Positions 52,711-64,000 of a stretch of 64,000 nt of DNA are shown piece by piece (the stretch's first letter is position 1; each line of letters begins with the position of its first letter). Both the position numbers and the translations under genes were made by a program. Below the pieces are notes generated by a model. That model had not been told where the DNA came from. It saw only the letters and a program-made list of their open reading frames with translations, and made no database searches. The DNA is from Eledone cirrhosa (taxonomy: Eukaryota), in the NCBI GenBank assembly GCA_964016885.1, contig OZ024741.1:77686001-77750000 (forward strand), read 5' to 3'.

Positions 52711-54149
52711 CAATAATACTAATAATGTAGGAATAAATAAGTGAATACTTAATCATGTTATCAGAGAAAGAACAAAGAAAAAAAAAGAAAATGACAGCTA
52801 TTTTAAATTTAGATTGTATAGATTAATAATTTTCCTTGTAGTTATAAAATTTTGACTTGTCCTCCATATTATGCCAAATTTGCCTTGTTGGAAAATATCC
52901 AAGTTGTGAAGAGAAAAACAAAATCAATGTTATAACTTGAAATCTTTATTCATTTTTAAGTATTTAGTTGAGAATTGGTAGAACATGAAACAAAAGAAAG
53001 GGTTTTGCAGTATTTAGTTATGCCCCTTTTTTATGTTCTGAATGCAAATCCCCTTGAGTTCTACTTAGTTTTGGGGTAAATAGAATATGTACCAGAAATG
53101 AGAAGTTTTGTATCATAAAGTTTGGACAGTTTCATGTGGTTTGGTATCAAAAGGGTTAAGATATATTCTAATATATTATTAGTTTAGTCTTGTCTAAACT
53201 GCTTGCAAGAATTATTCCCCTTATAAACTGGAGATAGCTGTTGTTGACTGAAGAGAAAGGGGCTTCTCCATCTGTTCATGTGAGAATGGTAGATACTAAA
53301 TCATTTAAGCAATTTGACATTGCATAGTAGTGAGACATGGATGTTGAATATGGAAGATCAACAGAAGCTGGAGCTGAATATTTTGTTAGTTGTATATTGT
53401 TAGCCTACATGGAAAATAGCACAAGTGTATGAAATATAAAAGATATTGGCTGAAGTGTGCAGGAGAGGTAACTTGTAATAATCAATGTTATCATTTTTAC
53501 ACGTGTGTTTTCATGCTGGTATGGGTTGAACAGGACTTTTTGAGAATGACCAGATGCACCTTTTAGGTGCCTCTATCAAGATAACTATGCAGGAATACAG
53601 TGTACCTATCCTAAAAATCAGGATAGACATGGTGTGTGATGTGAATAGGACTAGTTTTGTGTGCTGTTAGTGAAAGCACTTGAAGAAGAGAAATACATGT
53701 GAACTGGTAAGATCAAATCTTCAGTACTGAGCTGAATGACAACATGCTCTAAGTCTAATCTGGCTAGCCCATGCATAAATGAAAAATAGATGTTAAAATG
53801 ACAGCATCTTGCTCTCTTGTTGAGAAATTTACTTGTGATGATAAATTAAAATATAGAAACACTTTGTCACAAGATTCTTTCATCAGAGGGTTTCTTTGAA
53901 AGTATGAACAAATAATATTCACCTGTTAGTAAACAGTTTATCCTTACCAATCCAGCGTCGTGTGTAAATTACATGCATGCATAGATTGATCAACTAAGTA
54001 AATATTTGTTTATCAAGGACAATATGACAGGTTCATAATGACGCTAGAAATAGCAACCATAAACTCTATCAACTCAATTAAGGAGTAGCAAATTAGTTAT
54101 TCAGTATATTAGTGTGATTCTTTATGCCTGCTTATATCATAAGTGCAAG

Positions 54150-54620
54150 GAGGATAACTTATTTCCAAGCCAAGCTTTGTAGGCCTCTTTCTTTGCTCAG
54201 ATAGCATTTTTGACCGCTTGATTGAACTAAGGGGTCCTCCTGCCATCCAGCAACAAATCAAGCCTCTTTTGCCCACAGCATTTAGCAGCTAAAGCAAAAA
54301 CTGTTGAGCTGAACAATCTGTACTCTGTTTCAACATCCTTGGTTTGCTCAGGGAGTTCTCTGAATTTGGATGCAATAGTATCTGTATACCTGGTCCTGAC
54401 TTCCTTATCCACAAACACTTTCCACTTTATCCTGTAGGTCACCCTGGACCTGCCAGTTTTGTGGGCTTCTGAGGTTTTAGGTAGTCTTAAGTTGAGGAAA
54501 ACTAGATGGTGATTAGTTGACAGCTCAGCCCCTCTCTTAACACGAAAGAGAATCAGAGATCAGAGACAATAACAAAATCAATTATTGATCTCTGTCCCTG
54601 ATTCCCCTTATACCATATAT
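54150..54620 (-). mobile_element. LINE (RTE-like) endonuclease/linker fragment of another family
   Basis: Minus strand reads QRSIIDFVIV...VKRGAELSTNHHLV and YRIKWK-type linker. Confidence 0.6.
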
Positions 54621-55020
54621 ATTTATGGATGTTTCTGTGCTGGAAGGTGTTCATAATAGAGAGTTCATTGCTAGAACAGAAGTCTAATACGACATACGTC
54701 AATACTCATCCTTTTTCATTTTTAGAGGTTTATAAACCCTACTATCAAGCTAATTTCTTTAGTCAAAATACAGCGAAAACTTCTATTTCTACTAAATATA
54801 TATATATATACCAAGATATAAATAAATGGAAAACTATTTATAAAACCATATTTATTTTATTATATATATTTCAAGGGCAACCAAGGCAACATTGGTGTGC
54901 TTTCATCAGATAAAATACAAAGTGTGTTTTATAAATAAAGACGTATCCATGATAATCAAACCTTAGCATTTATGTTTGTCGGAATTCCAACAAATTAAAT
55001 ACAAATTCTACACACACATA

Positions 55021-55390
55021 TATATATATATAAAAACAAATCGTAGAAAGGAAAAAGATTTTTTCAGTAGAAAATGAAGATATTCTTTCAGTGTAATATC
55101 AAAACATTTATTTATTTATAAAGTGGATATTTATGCATTTAATAATGGTACCAGTTCAGCATTATATACATTGTCAACTGCGGATATAATGCTGAAACCA
55201 GTACCATTATTAAATGCGGAAATATCCACTTTATAAATAAATAAATGTTTTGATATTACACTGAAAGAATATCTTCAGCATTTTCTATTGAAAACATCTT
55301 TTTCCTTTCATCATCATCTTCGTTTAACGTCTATCTTCCACGCTAGCATGGGTTAGACTATTTGTTTCTACTATTTGTTTTTATATATAT
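55021..55390. repeat. Fold-back inverted repeat (~145 bp arms) interrupted by a short RTE tail
   Basis: 55021-55167 is the reverse complement of 55184-55309 plus ~55366-55390; RTE 3' tail inserted at ~55310-55358. Confidence 0.85.
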
Positions 55391-55756
55391 CAACTCGTTT
55401 GATATATATATTTATTGGGGATTGATCGTGTTGTTAATAAAAACATCATTATTTGATGTTCACTTCAGCTTTATTATTGGCTATTGGTTAGTTTGTCAAA
55501 GCTCAATTGTCAAACATTCTGTGACCTCCTGAATGACTATTTGTTCCTCTTTCTGATATTATTTCTGGAGTAAACAAAATAAGACCAGAAAGAAGAGGAG
55601 ACTCTAATAATGAAACTGAAGTGAAGTCAAATACTGTGTGTGCATTTTTATCGGCACCATGACCATCCCGTAATATAATATCAGTTTCAACATATGATTT
55701 CACATCAAGAATCTTGGCAAAATAAATACATAAATGTGTGTGCGTATATATATATA

Positions 55757-56150
55757 TATCATCATTATTAACGTTTAATGTCACATTATGAGACAGGTCA
55801 GGTCTGAAGGCCACATCATGCTCATATGGATCTGTATTTTGGCTTGGTTTCTATGACTAGACGGCCTTCTAACACCAACCATGTTACAGTGTGGACTGGG
55901 TGATTTTATCGTGGCATCAAAACAACCACCTTACAGGGTGTACTGGTCATTTTTTTGTTGCCACCAACACAACCACCTTACAGGGTGGACTGGGTGCTTT
56001 TGTTCATTCACCAACGCGACCATCTTACAGGGCGGACTGAGTGCTTTTGTTCATTCACCAACTCGACTATCTTACAGGGTGAAGTGGGCAGTTTTGTTAT
56101 CAACATGGCCATTTTACAGGATGGCTTGGGTGCTTTTGTTGTGGCACTGG
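55757..56150 (-). repeat. RTE 3' UTR remnant with expanded ~45 bp minisatellite
   Basis: About six copies of accaccttacagggtggactgggtgcttttgtt-like unit, related to the cacccagcccacactgtaa unit of RTE 3' UTRs. Confidence 0.7.
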
Positions 56151-56462
56151 ATCAGCGTACAGCGCAAATTTTATGCTTTTTGTCATGTCAATAGCCTTGT
56201 GGGAGATCAGATGTTGAGTGTGTCTAAGATTTCATGCTTCTATGCAAAGGTTGGGTAGGCAAAGTGTATTATCAGTAATGATTGAAGGTTGGTAGGTAAG
56301 CAAGTTCAACATTATGTGCATGGGATATTTAGCGGGTGGGAGTGTGGGGTAGAGAGAAAATTGGTGCATACAAGTGTGTCCTATACAAATGTTTCATTTC
56401 ATTTTGTGTACATGGGGAAGCAGTATGTAAATTAGGCTAATCAGCCGATGTATACTTTAGAG

Positions 56463-56666
56463 CAGGCATGTCAAACTGAGGGCACATGGGCCACATATGT
56501 CTTGTCTGAGGGCCACACACAACTAATTGCGCACATTACAACTATTTTTTGTTATTTTATATTATGAAGATAAAACATGCTCGCGCTCTAAAAACCTTTG
56601 TGCAAGCCGCAAGTGTGCTTGAAAAGGGCCGCATACGGCCCACGGGCTGCATGTTTCTCATGCATG
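56463..56666. mobile_element. hAT (Charlie-like) MITE
   Basis: Imperfect TIRs caggcatgtcaaac / gtttctcatgcatg; perfect 8 bp TSD ctttagag at 56455-56462 and 56667-56674. Confidence 0.88.
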
Positions 56667-56909
56667 CTTTAGAGCATACTATATATTCTCAAGAGTTCTA
56701 GTGTGTAGCAGAAAAGGAGATGCACAATCTTGACGAAGGGCAATAACCCTGAATAGAACAAAAGGATGACGATAGTCGTCTAGATTACATGGCGTTATTA
56801 GGCTGTTTGCTTGCAAAAGAATCGAATATTATTATTATTTGATATAAAACTCACGAATGCTTTACGTATCCGCTGTTAGAATGTAAACAAATTTTTTTTC
56901 TTATATATA

Positions 56910-58173
56910 CAAGGTGTGGAAAAAATAACACATTTAAGATATATTTATCAAACTTGGGTCAGTTTGTCTTCATGACTTGTTCTTTCGATCTCACTCGATA
57001 AATCCGCCATTGGCTTTGATGACGGCCTCAAGGCGGCCTCGGAACCGGCTACAGGCCTTCATCACTCTCTCCCGACTTAGGCCCCTAAAGGCACTTGTGA
57101 TCCTGGCCTTCAGATCGTCTTTTGTATTGCAGCTAGATCTGTTGGTGTCTCGTTCCACTGTGCTCCACACAAAGAAGTCGAGGGGGTTGCAGTCAGGCGA
57201 GCTGGGAGGCCAGATGTCAAGTGAAGTGTGGTCGACGAAGTTCTCTGACAGCCAGGCTTGGGTCTTTTGGCTGGTATGGCAGGGCGCTGAGTCTTGCTGC
57301 AACACGTACGGCCTACCTGCAGCTACCTGGTCGATCCAGAGCTTTACTACCTTGCTCAGAACGCGGCTGTAGCCACCGGTGTTCAGCTTGAGGCCTTCAG
57401 GGAAGAAGTGAGGTGGCATGACGTCACCTTGACTGCTGACGACACCTAAGACCAATGTTGTCGCTGGAAATTTTGTCTGCATGACTCTGGGCACGTCTTT
57501 GGATGAGACAGCGAGCCACCTGTTGTTCTGGGAGTTGATCTTCTGGTCTTGGCAGAAATTTTTCTCATCAGAGAAAAACCACAGCATGTCTGGCTCCAGT
57601 GGGTGTTTCAACTTGTTGATCAGCTTCTTTGCGTGCTTCAGTCGCTTTTCTTGCATCGCCTTTAACAGAAATTGTCCTTTCCTCATCTTGTATGAAACGT
57701 ACCGAATGTCTTCATGTACTACCAGCCTAATGAGCTTTTCATCCACGCCTTTCTCTCTTGCAATGGCAGGCATCGACTTGCTAGGTTCATTGGTGATGAT
57801 ATCCTGAACTTCAGCAACGAGCTCGGGCGTTCCAAAGGCATCAGATCGTTGATCATGTGTTTTCCTCTCTGATGTTGCTTCGTAGTCGAATCCTGAATCT
57901 TCCAATTCCTTTCTGACCTTTTCCACCATTCTCCTGCTGATGCTGAGAAAGTCTGAAATTTCCTTATTTGTCCTCCCGGCGCGGATTCCAAGAAGAACTC
58001 CGTGTCTCTTCCACATATTTGGAGGTTCAAAATTATTCATAATCAATTATTCTGAAAATAAATAATGGAAATATAGTCACTGTTTTTATGAAAACAAGAG
58101 TGACAACGGAAGTAAAAAAAAATTGCATAAAATTAGCAGTTGAAAATTGTGAACAAATATCGTCCACACCCTG
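56910..58173 (-). mobile_element. Tc1/mariner superfamily DD37D (maT) transposon
   Basis: Imperfect TIRs caaggtgtgga / tccacaccctg, each flanked by TA; single transposase ORF. Confidence 0.9.
56991..58040 (-). CDS. DD37D transposase, uninterrupted ORF (349 aa from first ATG)
   Basis: N-terminal HTH; FSDEKNF, QQDSAPCH, WPPSSPDCNPLDF; 37 residues counted between second and third D. Confidence 0.9.
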   Translation of the reverse strand: MNNFEPPNMWKRHGVLLGIRAGRTNKEISDFLSISRRMVEKVRKELEDSGFDYEATSERKTHDQRSDAFGTPELVAEVQDIITNEPSKSMPAIAREKGVDEKLIRLVVHEDIRYVSYKMRKGQFLLKAMQEKRLKHAKKLINKLKHPLEPDMLWFFSDEKNFCQDQKINSQNNRWLAVSSKDVPRVMQTKFPATTLVLGVVSSQGDVMPPHFFPEGLKLNTGGYSRVLSKVVKLWIDQVAAGRPYVLQQDSAPCHTSQKTQAWLSENFVDHTSLDIWPPSSPDCNPLDFFVWSTVERDTNRSSCNTKDDLKARITSAFRGLSRERVMKACSRFRGRLEAVIKANGGFIE

Positions 58174-58215
<42 letters not shown>

Positions 58216-58420
58216 AATTTAACGAAGCCATGTGTGTGTGTATGTATAATTTGTATAATATATCATTGTTTAACATCTATTTTCTATGCTTGCATGGGTT
58301 AGACAGGTTGTCACTTTGAGACAAGTCAAGTCAGGTGACCATTTCTTGCTCATATGGATTTGTTTTTGGCATGGCTTCTATGATTGGATGCCTTTCTTAA
58401 TGCCAACCTCTTTACACGTG

Positions 58421-58449
<29 letters not shown>

Positions 58450-58451
<2 letters not shown>

Positions 58452-59700
58452 TAACAATGAGGCAACCAAGAGACTCCAACAGCTGATGCATCCTGGCCAA
58501 CTGCTTGTTCTGTGACACAAGTATGTGCCAACAGGCATACGTGGTATACTGCATTCAATGTGATAAATATAGGGACTTTTACATTAGTAGCACTATTGGA
58601 CCACTATATATGTGCATTAAAAAATGCTTAGATACACATGCATCATCCTTCAAGATACACATAGACAAATCAAAAACAACAACAAAAACATAGCAGTTAC
58701 AATTGAAGCTAGGGATCGAAAATTAGGAAATCTTAGAATTAAGGAAGCAATTATTAGCAAACTCACACCATACATCAACAGCAGATCAGAATTTAACACA
58801 CAATTCCTAATTTAAGCAACCACACACACCACCGACTAATTAGACCTCAGCACACATCATATAAACAAAACACAAAATACATCTAACATGTAAACGCACA
58901 ACACACTGACAAGCTACAATATACCCATTACATATACCCATTGTAAAATTATAACACATTTATGTATGTTTGGCACAGTGCCTATCAGAATTTATATCAA
59001 CACACAACACAAACAGAACACTAAACACACAACACATTAAAGCATGAAAACACACAGCACCAACGGCAAGCCACATCCCAGCACAAGACACCTGCTTGCC
59101 TATTGGAACTTAATGCACAACACCGCCTCTGGCTGGTAAGTGTATGACATACATATATGCCTGCATGTGTGCAGGTCTACGCATATATTGTTCCTTGATT
59201 TGTATAGTGGTGTGTTTGTGTGTGCATGTATGTATGCAAGAACTATAACACACACAAAATATGCTTTGCATACCAACACAATTCCTATATTTGTGCCAGA
59301 CACATTAATAATACATAAATAAATATATAAAATAAGTACATTAATAAATACAATATTAAATTCAAAAAAGGAAAAATACACGAACACGCATGCACACACA
59401 AAGACGTTAACTTCTCACACCTCCTACTACGACTTCTGGCTAGTAACGGCATAAACAGAAAAAAAAGATGGCACATACAAACTAAAATGTTTTCTCTATT
59501 TTCCAAGGTTTTTTTACTTCTGATGAGATTTCATCTCGAAAATTAAGGTCGTATTTGAATAAAGAATGGGTAACACAGAGCATCTTTGTTGCCTTCTTTT
59601 ATCTTAAATCATACCACACCTTTCGCACTGTTGCAGCCTTCGGATTACATACCTTCTTATACTTAACACACAATGTTTCAAGCAAACTACAACACTCTCA
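58450..59700 (+). mobile_element. Degenerate Penelope-like 3' fragment (GIY-YIG + 3' UTR)
   Basis: CQQAYVVYCIQCDKYRDFYISST and LRIKEAIISKLTPYINSRSE; CA-rich UTR; hammerhead-like remnant at ~59520. Confidence 0.7.
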
Positions 59701-62700
59701 TATATATATTAGTATATGCACCGTAAATTAACAGGTGAAGATTTTAACTGTCACAACCTGCGTCTTTTGATATGTACTAATTTCTTCTTTTAAACCCTAG
59801 TTATTTTATATGCTATTATAATCAGTAGAGCATCCAACAAAATTCATTGTGGTATTTAGTTATATCCTTTTTATATTTATAATAAGGATAAATTATATGA
59901 ATGCCAGTTAAGATGAATTATTCAACTATTCTCACCCCTTCTCCCAACATTGTTGGAATTGTGCTTATGTGAAAGATGAGTTCTTTGCATATGCACTCGT
60001 GGTAATGTTGACTCATTGGCATCAAGATGCTGATCATTTGCTCAATGTGTTGTCATAGCAACAATGCAATTTGGCATAGTCACTTTAGCTAACTAGGGCT
60101 GCATGTTAAAATTAGGTGTTTGTAAATCTATTCTATTCTGATCTAAAAAATTTAGTAAAATTCATGAAAAAAATAGTAAAACTATAATGTGAATTAATTT
60201 ATGAACTTTATGAATTTAATTCACCATATCACCAGTAAACTTAATTCAGAATATGGCCCTAGGGTAGAGTTTGGTTTTGAGTTTGTGGGTGTAGGATGCT
60301 CCTATCAACTAGCCTTATGAATGTCTTGGTCTTTTTGGCTGTCTCTGTTCAAAATCTTCCATGTATTTTTCATGATCTGCTTGAGGTGTGTTAGCTATAG
60401 TTCAGCTCTGATCAAGCAGACCCTTGCTCAAAGATATTTCTGATGTGACCGTTTCCCTATTAATTTGTTGAGATATTTATTGTTTAACCCTGACAAAACT
60501 GAGGTATAATGAAAGGTGTTGCAGCCACAACTATCCCGTTGTTCTCTTAAGCTTTGTGTATACAAGATTGTATTTTCCAATGTCCCTTTCCTTTTGCAAG
60601 GCAGTAGTGTAATTTGAGAAAAAAATAACTGCTATTTGTATAGGTCAAATGACCATGTAGAGGCTTTATTGTTGATAGTTTTTCATGGTATGGTTGAACC
60701 AAAAGCTGTGAATGTTGTTCAGAAATTTGTCTTCTAGCATTCAGAGTAGGTCAGTCTGGTGGAGAATCAACTATCCTTCTCTGAACCACACTCTTAAGAG
60801 GATTTGAATTAAGTACAGCCAGAGAGTGATATCTAGATCAATAATACATTACTCCATGGTACCTAGAGTACTAGATTAAAGCAGCTTCATGGTATTTTTT
60901 AGTTTTGATTCTCTATCCATACTCTTACCATAGCAGCAGACACAGCTGCCACTTATCTAACTTCAGCTTAGTTAAGAACCAAACTGTTTTCCTGTCAGGC
61001 TTTTGTTGTTTCTTTTTTCCTTCATCATCCAAACTACTAGCCACAGTTTATATTTTATCTCGGTTTTCTCTATATTTGTTCTCTTCAAGAAAAGGAAGAA
61101 TTTGAATTTAGCACTTCCAGTTAATGAAACTCTCCTTGATCAATAATGCAATACTTTAGTTCTGCCAGTTAAGAGATCATGGTGCACAGGACATAATCAT
61201 CGTCATTGTTTAACATCCATTTTCCCTGCTAGCATGAGTTGGATATGTCATAGACCAGTCAGTACTCAAGCGAAGCCCCTGACATCCAAGTGAGCTAGGG
61301 GCTCACCATATGATCCTACTATCTATTGAGGGCAGTTTATCATGTGGGGAAGTTGCCATGTCTTTGGCATAGCTGAAGAATCTTCCTGACTCTTTGATGG
61401 AATTAACTCCTGACTCTCCAAATCTTTATTATATGAAGAGATAAGTTGGACACATATTACTTACCCTCTATTGCTTCATTTACTAACAGCCAGAAAATAT
61501 GTAAAGTACCAACAAACTTATCTTAGCACTTTTCTTTCCTCCTGGCCAAACTACCAGCTATAGTAAAAAATATCCAAGGGACAAGTGGTGGTGTTAAACC
61601 CTCCAAGTCAACCTCTGTGGGATTTGAACTCAGAATGCAAAAAGGTGGAACAAATATTCCAAGATATATCGATGAACACTAAAAATTTTGCCAATCCACT
61701 ATTCTAGACTGATACTTTATTTTCTCAAACCCAAAATGATGAAAGGCAAATTTAACCTCTGCAGTATTTGAACTCAGAGTGCAGATAATCAGAACAAATA
61801 CCACAAGGCATTTTGTGAAATCTATGAGCATTTGCCTTTCCTCCAAACCTAAAACATAATATTGGGTGGCTTCATATTATGGCCTCTAGTCAACTCAAGT
61901 CTATTGGTTCTTGCTCCAAAGCAACAAATTGGTAGAATACCTTGTGGTAGTTATTCTTGTCCTTGCGTGCTGTGTGGAAATCCCATCATGGTCAACTATG
62001 TCATTCATTCTTTCATGTTTAATAAAGTCCCAGTGTAGGGTGGTGGGCTGGTAAGAATTTTGGCAAGTTCTCTGCTTTGATGTTATCGTCCTCACTTCTT
62101 CACTCCATTCTCAGAGTCCCTGGAATAAGAGTCATGAGTGCTACTCTTTCTGGCTAAGCAATAAAAAAAAAAAAAAAAAGTGTCCTGCATAATGGGATTA
62201 AATCAACGCCTTCTCCATTCTGTCCGCCGGGGCTGTGGGTGGGGCCCATCGCGTACCATTGTAGTTGTTGTAGAAGAAACAGGAAGACAACAACTGGAAA
62301 GTTTGTTTTAGCTGGAGTTCTAAGTGATAGTGAATGTAAGTTTCCCTATTAAACATACTAACCTCCATTTAATCCCACTACAAAATCTGAGATATTGTGG
62401 TTGTAAAACAAATTTAATTATCTTAACTACTTAACTGTATGCCCATATGTTAATTTATATTTACTCTTAATCCTAATTAATGATGCACTATATTATAGGA
62501 GTGGAATTTTAGTAATGCCTTGTTTTCCTAATTGTCTTTGCAATAATTATTGACTTTCTAATTATCGTTTTTGTCCCATCCTCCCGTTTTTTTGTCCTAA
62601 CACTTTTTTTCCCAACTTCACAAGAACACAAGGTCTAAAGTCTAAATTTTATTATAAAAAAAAATATAAACCTTTTTTCTCTTCATCATCATCTTCGTTT

Positions 62701-64000
62701 ATCGTCCATTTTCCACGCTAGCATATGTCTCGTAATTAATATCTGCTTTGTCTGCTCTTCTACTTTGATTTATTACACACACGCAGATAAATATGTATGT
62801 ACACACACGATAAATGTAATAAATATGCTATAACAATGTATATTAGAAGATTTAAGGTAAATTCAAAACAGGATAAAGGTCGTGTTGGTCTGTTAAGTGT
62901 CCTTACCATAGATGCATCAACAATAGGATACCATAGTGCCAACTTTTTGACCTGCAGTTAGTCTGTTATTTATTTGACTTCCTCATCTGCCATATCTGTA
63001 GATTTTATAAATCTTGGCAACCATCCATAGCAGGCAATGACAGCTACTGGCAAAACTGGATCAATCTCTTTCCAATACTAATCTCCCTTTGATACTCTTT
63101 CTTAAACTCACTTAACTTCACATAAAATATCAACTCTTGACCCTTTATTCTCTTACCAGATGAAGAGATAGAGCAGACTTATATCTGTCCCTGACTATAA
63201 ATCAACTGAACTAGGAAACAGTCTTCCTTCCTGTAGTCATCCAATCAGTCATCCAACTTTTCTTAGGACTTCTCGCCTTCACTATCCAAACTACTAGCCA
63301 CACTTGAGTTTTTTTATCCTGGTTTTCTTCAAATAAAAATTTTAATTTAGCATTGCAAGTTAATGGCAACAGTGGGAAAATGGACTACTGAATATGGAAA
63401 ATTTGTTGAATCTGGAGAAAAATCAGGTGTGGGGGGTCAGTTGGATGTGTAATGATATGCTGAGAGAGCAGCTAAGTTTTAAAATCAGCTGCTTATTTAT
63501 AGAGGAATATGATTCTATTGGTGTAGATGTATGGGATGGTGAGTAATGGGTGAAAAAGTATTTTGGGGGATTGTATTCATGAAGCAACAGCCCAATTTAA
63601 TCACATAGGATATTTCTTGTACAGGAGATGAAATTACACATGTCAGTGTATCAGCAGGTTATAAAGGTTGTTGACTTGCAATTTATACAGGCATCAAATA
63701 GTATGACAGCAAGGTGAAAGCCTGTACATTAGTGTATATGGTATTCACCAGGACCAATTGGGTCAATCTGTAGATGGACATGCTGACTATTAAGCCAACA
63801 ACAGAGCCTCTCCACTGTCACTTCATCTGCTAGAAACAACAGTCAAATATTCCTCAAATCACATCTTACCATCTTAAAAAAAAGAGAACCCATCAGATAA
63901 CTAGATATTATTGGATGGTCATCGTTGGCATGCTTTTGATCATAGGCCTGCTTCATCAGGGTACAACCAGGGCTAAACAACAACCACATGGTAACTGTAA

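Noticed and set aside
60900-63370. Related segments at ~60900-61140 and ~63170-63370 sharing tccaaactactagccaca
   Set aside because: Likely old dispersed repeat remnants; too degenerate to classify.

Overview
Eukaryotic, AT-rich, repeat-saturated DNA with no host protein-coding gene that I can support. The mix of RTE LINEs with (GAT)n tails, a CORE-type SINE, tRNA-derived SINEs and huge (TA)n/(TG)n tracts suggests a cephalopod (octopus-like) genome; this is inference. About a third of the window is dinucleotide microsatellite, which explains all the 'YIYIY' ORFs, and there is a 200-N gap. The rest is mostly retroelements: at least seven RTE-clade LINE copies or fragments carrying a PHD-type zinc finger after the RT core, two CR1-like LINEs, four Penelope-like (GIY-YIG) pieces and SINEs. 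There is also an intact-ORF DD37D (maT) transposon, a hAT MITE and a Helitron-like fragment. The most interesting signal is non-coding: a ~464-472 bp tandem repeat (1.5-3.5 kb and 27.7-28.5 kb) in which each full unit carries a minimal type I hammerhead ribozyme, i.e. a retrozyme or Penelope-pLTR-like system joined to (TA)n. Unrelated hammerheads occur at 2140-2210 and 37706-37799, the latter with a compensatory U3-A8 core. Several degenerate hammerhead relics and a compact structured-RNA candidate at 29464-29575 are also present.
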